From NCBI RefSeq assembly GCF_009914755.1, contig NC_060934.1: DNA of 64,000 nucleotides. The stretch is one strand, 5' to 3'. Below, piece after piece: positions 52,899 through 64,000 of the stretch. The stretch is from the human T2T-CHM13v2.0 reference genome, Homo sapiens. The notes under the pieces were generated by a model. It worked only from the letters and a program-made list of their open reading frames with translations, had not been told where the DNA came from and ran no database searches. A program made the translations under genes and the position numbers. The first letter of the stretch is position 1, and each line of letters begins with the position of its first letter.

Positions 52899-53969
52899 TG
52901 AGGTGGCCCTGAGGTCTATGTCCTTACTGGCAGGGAGGCCTCTTTATTGAAAGGAGGCCTCTTTATTGAAGGGCTGTATGGGATCATAGTTAAGTGCTCA
53001 AGCCAAGAGTCTACCAAACAAGTTCAAATCCCATCCTGGCCACCACTAACCAGCTAGGTGGCTTCTAGCATGTTACTCGACTAACCCCTTTGACCCTCTC
53101 ACTCCTTATTTGTAAAATGGGCTAATCATACTAACTTCATAGAGTTGCTCTTATGATTGAATTAGTTCATGTATGTGAAAGTATCTGACACATAGTAGTT
53201 GCTCAACAAATATCTGTATAATTGATTTTTTTTAAAAGGGAGATAATAGGCTTCCTTTTATTTTGGGATAACCTTGGGATATACCGAATATGGGAGTTAA
53301 ATGAGGCTCAAATCCTTAATAACAGAGTTTATTGTATATGAAAGGCGTTGAGTCCCTGTGTGATTTGCAGACATTGAAGATGGTACAGAGGGGGAACAAG
53401 TGCTGGGGTCCTTCTTGATAACAATGCTGATGCTCAGAATGACACTTTTACAGCTGACACTTCCACCTTCCAGACCGTACAGGGGACTTCTGCAGGTGGT
53501 GACTTCTCTGGGAGCTACATTCCTGGGAGCAATTGCCCAGTGTCCTCCCAGGTGGATTATTATATGGCAGCCTTGAGAGCCACAGTCGAAGGGCTGTCTA
53601 GGGGTCAAGACCCTGAGGAAGCGGCATTTAAGGGTCTCAAAGACCTGCTGAACATCAGCTGAAAGGCCTGTCCAGGGAGCTGAAGAAGGCGAAGAATGGG
53701 AGCCTGGAGCACAAGGAGTATTTGTGAATCACAGAACTCAGTGAATATCCTTGACTACTTGTAGGGCTTCCAATCCAGGGCAGTGTGGACCTTTGTGGGA
53801 TCCTCCATCTGCTTTGGGGCTTGATGTACTCTAAGAATTTTGCAAACTTAAGGTAAAGACATACCTTAAGTTTTCCTGGCTTTGCAAGTAATCTTTGCTT
53901 GAAGATGGGCCAGCTAGAAATGGATGGTAGGTTCAATGGGGTCTCAGGGGAAAGTGGACTATGGTCTAA

Positions 53970-54202
53970 TTAATGACTGTCAAATATTTTTACTCTGACC
54001 CACAGCCCAAAATACATTCTGCATGGTGACCTAGCATGTATACACATACACACACACACCTGAAACAAAAGTTTTATTAGGCAGTACCTATACTTAACAT
54101 ATGTGATGCATTCTGGTCTTTTATTTTCTATTTTATTCTATTTCATTAAGTTGATTTCATGATATGCTAATGGATTGCAACATGTATTTTGAGAAACATT
54201 GG
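53970..54202. mobile_element. Non-autonomous hAT-Charlie (MER) element, family not resolved
   Basis: GATTTCATGATATGCTAATGGATTGCAAC...TTTGAGAAACATTG terminus. Confidence 0.5.
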
Positions 54203-54320
54203 TCTAATAGATGACAACTTGTCCTTGAAGGTGATTGAGGAAGATGTTGTCCATGAATAATGAAATTCAGATGAGCAGTGCCAAAAGCTGAGCAACCTGA
54301 CTGTGTACTTTAAATGCTCA

Positions 54321-58600
<4,280 letters not shown>

Positions 58601-59199
58601 AGATTTACAGATCAGCATACTGGAGAGATCCTGCCAGAGCTTGAATCCAGCCAGTGCAGGCTGTTCTGCTATGGCTGGGGAGCTGAGGGACAGCTTCCTG
58701 CTCTGCTGCATCTGGATTGACTTGTGCCTGCCTAGATAAGGTGTGCTCAGCCCATGTTGTGAACACCAAGACAAGGCATTGCTGGAAATAAACATGCTAT
58801 ACTTATCATGTACAGCTTATAATTGTTGTACAATTTAGGCACGTGTTTATTGTAAACTTTTAGTATTTGAACTTAGCAAAGTGTAGGGATCAGAAGAAAA
58901 AAAACACTAACTAGAGTTCCCCAGTAGTGGGCAAGGGTGACAAACTGGGTTGGGAAAGAACTGAATCCTCCATGGGCCTCAAAAATATCCAACAGCATGG
59001 ATGTGTCCTGGGTGTTTCTCTCAAACTCACTTCAGTGAGAGGGAGGGACCTAAGGGGCTCTGGGATTTGGAATCAAAATGGAGAGTTTGGTATATTTCCT
59101 TTAAGTAGATCAAGTGGCCGGAAAACAAGGTGGTAGGAACCTGGGTGAGGCTTACCATCCATAAAAGTCTTCACTTCTGAAGTTGGATCAGAATGTGGT

Positions 59200-60930
59200 G
59201 TTCCAGCCTCAACCTAACCAGACATCTACAGATACTCAGAATTGTACCTTCTGGACACACCTCCCCTTGGATATTATTGTACCTCCAGACCTATTACACT
59301 GTGATTGATCCATGGGACTTGGCATATGGCCTTCTTGGTCCCATCCTTCAACTCCAGCCGACATGCTCTGGGGCCAAGGTCTTGCCCTTTATGATGGAGT
59401 TGTTCTTCTCAAGAGTTTTTATCTTCCCATCCTTTGGAAAGTTTGTGAGTTTATTTCTGTGACATGCACCTCTTGGGGTATCTGTCCGGCATCTTTGGGA
59501 GCTACTCTCTCTACCCACAGGGGTGGATTTCCTGGAGCTACATTTGGTCACAGCTGACTGAAGCAAGGCCTCACACAAAGTGAGCTAATCAGGTTTCTGC
59601 TCTTGGGAGTTGGGAATTTGAACTGATGGAACAGGAGACTGGGATGCTTGCAACAGAGTCACATTAATAGCATCATGGGCTGGTTGCAGTGGCTCACACC
59701 TGTAATCCCAGCACTTTGGGAGGCCAAGGCGGTGGGATCACTTGCGGTCAGGAGTTCAAGACCAATCTGGCCAACATGGTGAAACCCCGTCTCTACTAAA
59801 AATACAAAAATTAGCCGGGTGTGGTGGCACATGCCTGTAATCCCAGCTACTTGGGAGGCTGAGGCAGGAGAATCCTTTCAACCCAGGAGGCAGGAGGCAG
59901 AGGTTGCAATGAGCCGAGATTGCACCACTGCATCCAGCCTACGTGACAGAGCGAGACTCTGTCTCAAAAAAGTAAAATAAAATAAATAAAATAAAAGCAT
60001 CATGAAGGAGACGGCCAATGGGCTTTGGCTTCTAGAGATGGAGAGCTGCCATGGCTTCTGTCTTTTTCAAGCCCAAATGTGTGAGATACGCTTGGATATT
60101 CTCAGCATATAACCCTTTATGCTTAAGCTAGCTCTGGTTACTTTCTGTCATTTATTGCTTTATTAACACGGCTTAGTTAAGGAAGAAATACCTTCAGTAG
60201 AAAGGGTCTTCTCCTAGCAGTTCATACACCTGCAAATTCAGAAGCTCTGGTTCCTGGTGGCCCAAGGGCTCTAATAATGGTGGTAGCTCAGCTGATAGAA
60301 CAGGTAGAGCAGATACTGAACCTGCCTGTCATTCATTGGGTAGGACTGTCTTATCTGATCCCAGATGAGTAGCTGGAAAGCTCTGACCTTGGCTTTCCTT
60401 GCCTAGTAGGTATCTGGGACTTCTACTAGACGAGAGGAAGGAGCTACACCAAATGGTCCCATTAACAATGTTGGACCAGGCAACTGGTAAACTACTCTAG
60501 GATCAAAATTGTGTTGCGAGAACCATCTAGGGAATCAGGGCAAGAATTCAGAATAAGTATTTTGTATTCTGGAGCTGCATCCAGAGGACAGGGCTCTGGG
60601 AAGACACTGGCCGTACTTGATCCTGTAGGGTGGTGTTCCTTGTGGACTTTCAGTGCATCTGATCCTGCATTCTTTCTGTATTCTCCATGTGCCATGGGTT
60701 TACCTGTTCCTGTGGGTGGTATTCCTCAGAGACCATGGATATATCTGATCCTGCAGGTAGTTTTCCAGGAAACCATTTCTGTATCTGTTTATATGGGGTG
60801 GAGTCCCTTATAGACCATAGGGCTACCTGGCCCTGTGAGGAGGTGTCCCTGGGGTCACAGGTATACTTAGGCTGCTGTTTGGTGGCACTGCTTGGATGGG
60901 CATGGTATCCCCAGGGACCACAGCCCTGCC
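59200..60930. mobile_element. Probable ancient LTR-retroelement remnants with an AluS at 59677-59997 (plus)
   Basis: MLT-like CTTAAGCTAGCT...TTTCTGTCA near 60125. Alu TSD AGCATCATG. The flanks are only weakly recognisable. Confidence 0.4.
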
Positions 60931-60999
60931 TAGTCCTAACCAGCATGGCCTCCCCATTCTTATCAAGACATTCTATATAGGAATAGTCTCTCTTGCTAA

Positions 61000-62985
<1,986 letters not shown>

Positions 62986-63006
62986 TCTATGGAATTTTTT
63001 TTGTTT

Positions 63007-63007
<1 letters not shown>

Positions 63008-63037
<30 letters not shown>

Positions 63038-63040
63038 ATG

Positions 63041-63074
<34 letters not shown>

Positions 63075-63161
63075 TTTGAGACAGAGTCTCACTCTGTCGT
63101 CCAGGCTGGAGTGCAGTGGCACGATCTCGGCTCACTGCAAGTTCCGCCTCCCCAGTTCACG
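63008..63161 (-). mobile_element. 5'-truncated Alu with a (TG)n(TA)n(T)n tail
   Basis: Right-arm 3' end only, with a compound microsatellite. Confidence 0.9.
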
Positions 63162-63639
63162 AGAAGCAAAATGTTGTTTGGGCAGCTCCCTAACTCAACA
63201 AAGGTTAAGGAACAGGGTTTTGCAAGGGCTAGTGGGTTGGACCCAGGAGAGAGGAAGGTGGTAAAATTAGATGTCTCTTTTTGTAAGGCTTTGTTCAGCT
63301 TGAGGTCTGAGATCAGAGGTCAAGGATGGGGCTGGAGGGATAGGTGCTTCACTAAGGTAGGCATGCTCTCTTGAGACCTAATGGCTTTAAGAGCAGACTC
63401 CCTGACCTTAGTGCCTTCCTCCTTGGTGCTCCAGGTATCCTGTGGTATAGAGACAGAAGTTCTGACCCATCCCTTCCCACTCTCATTTTCATACAGCACC
63501 ATTCATAGGCCCTTCTTCCCATCCCTTTCTTTTTCTTCTCTGGTTCTCTGGCCCATTTTCATTCCTTCCCTCCTCAAGTGCCCCCCTCTTTTCCACTCTC
63601 CATTCCCTGTCCTCTGCCCTACCAGCCACCCCAGTTAAG

Positions 63640-64000
63640 TGTCCAAGAGAAGGACAGCTTTTATATGGCTTGTAAAATTCTATTATATCTGTATTCAAAA
63701 CCTAGCAGCTGAGAAACATTGGTAATAAGCGTGTTATTAAGCGTGTAAATACACTTCCACTCCAGGGCCTCCAAGGGGTGGGGGCAAGATTCTCAGCCGG
63801 GGTGTCTCCCCTGCATGAAGTCCCTTCCCACCTGGCCTCCACCCTAGATGAGGACCTTGAGCTTAGGCCCAGCCTCCTCCAGTCTCCGACCACCACTGTC
63901 CTGCAAAACCTAGACTCTTGGAGAAAGGGGGCGGGGGAGAGGGCCGAAGAAAAAAAACATTAGGAAAAAAACTCCCACCCAGAGAGCATTCTTTCTGCAG
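63640..64000. promoter_or_regulatory. Candidate conserved non-coding element (enhancer)
   Basis: Unique, repeat-free sequence with TAAT/ATTA, TGTAAATA (forkhead) and tandem TAAGCGTGT motifs. Confidence 0.4.

Overview
Primate (human-like) euchromatic DNA with no credible protein-coding exon. The supplied ORFs are Alu, L1, microsatellite or GC-rich artefacts. Bases 1 to about 11,055 read as a long 3' UTR. From memory, and not verified by alignment, I recognise it as that of HIF1AN (FIH-1, chr10q24), which would make the rest of the window the start of the HIF1AN-PAX2 intergenic interval. The UTR has two transposon-derived poly(A) signals (MIR AATAAA at 4961, MER102 ATTAAA at 11033) that bracket a block of oppositely oriented Alus, plus a dense set of miR-125 and let-7 seed matches. 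An orphan CpG island (about 13.1-14.2 kb) carries TATA, GC-box, CCAAT, YY1, ETS and E-box motifs and a perfect splice donor. Several unique, motif-rich enhancer candidates follow, as do two unexpected local duplications about 2 kb apart (a 35-bp direct copy and a ~135-bp inverted copy). From about 23 kb onward the window is mostly nested transposon debris: a near-full-length old L1MD, L2, MIR, MaLR/ERVL LTRs, hAT elements, a 7SL retrocopy and many Alus. It ends in unique sequence that looks like a conserved non-coding element. I found no clearly novel biological system. The best leads are regulatory. Repeat subfamily names come from recalled consensus sequences and boundaries are approximate.
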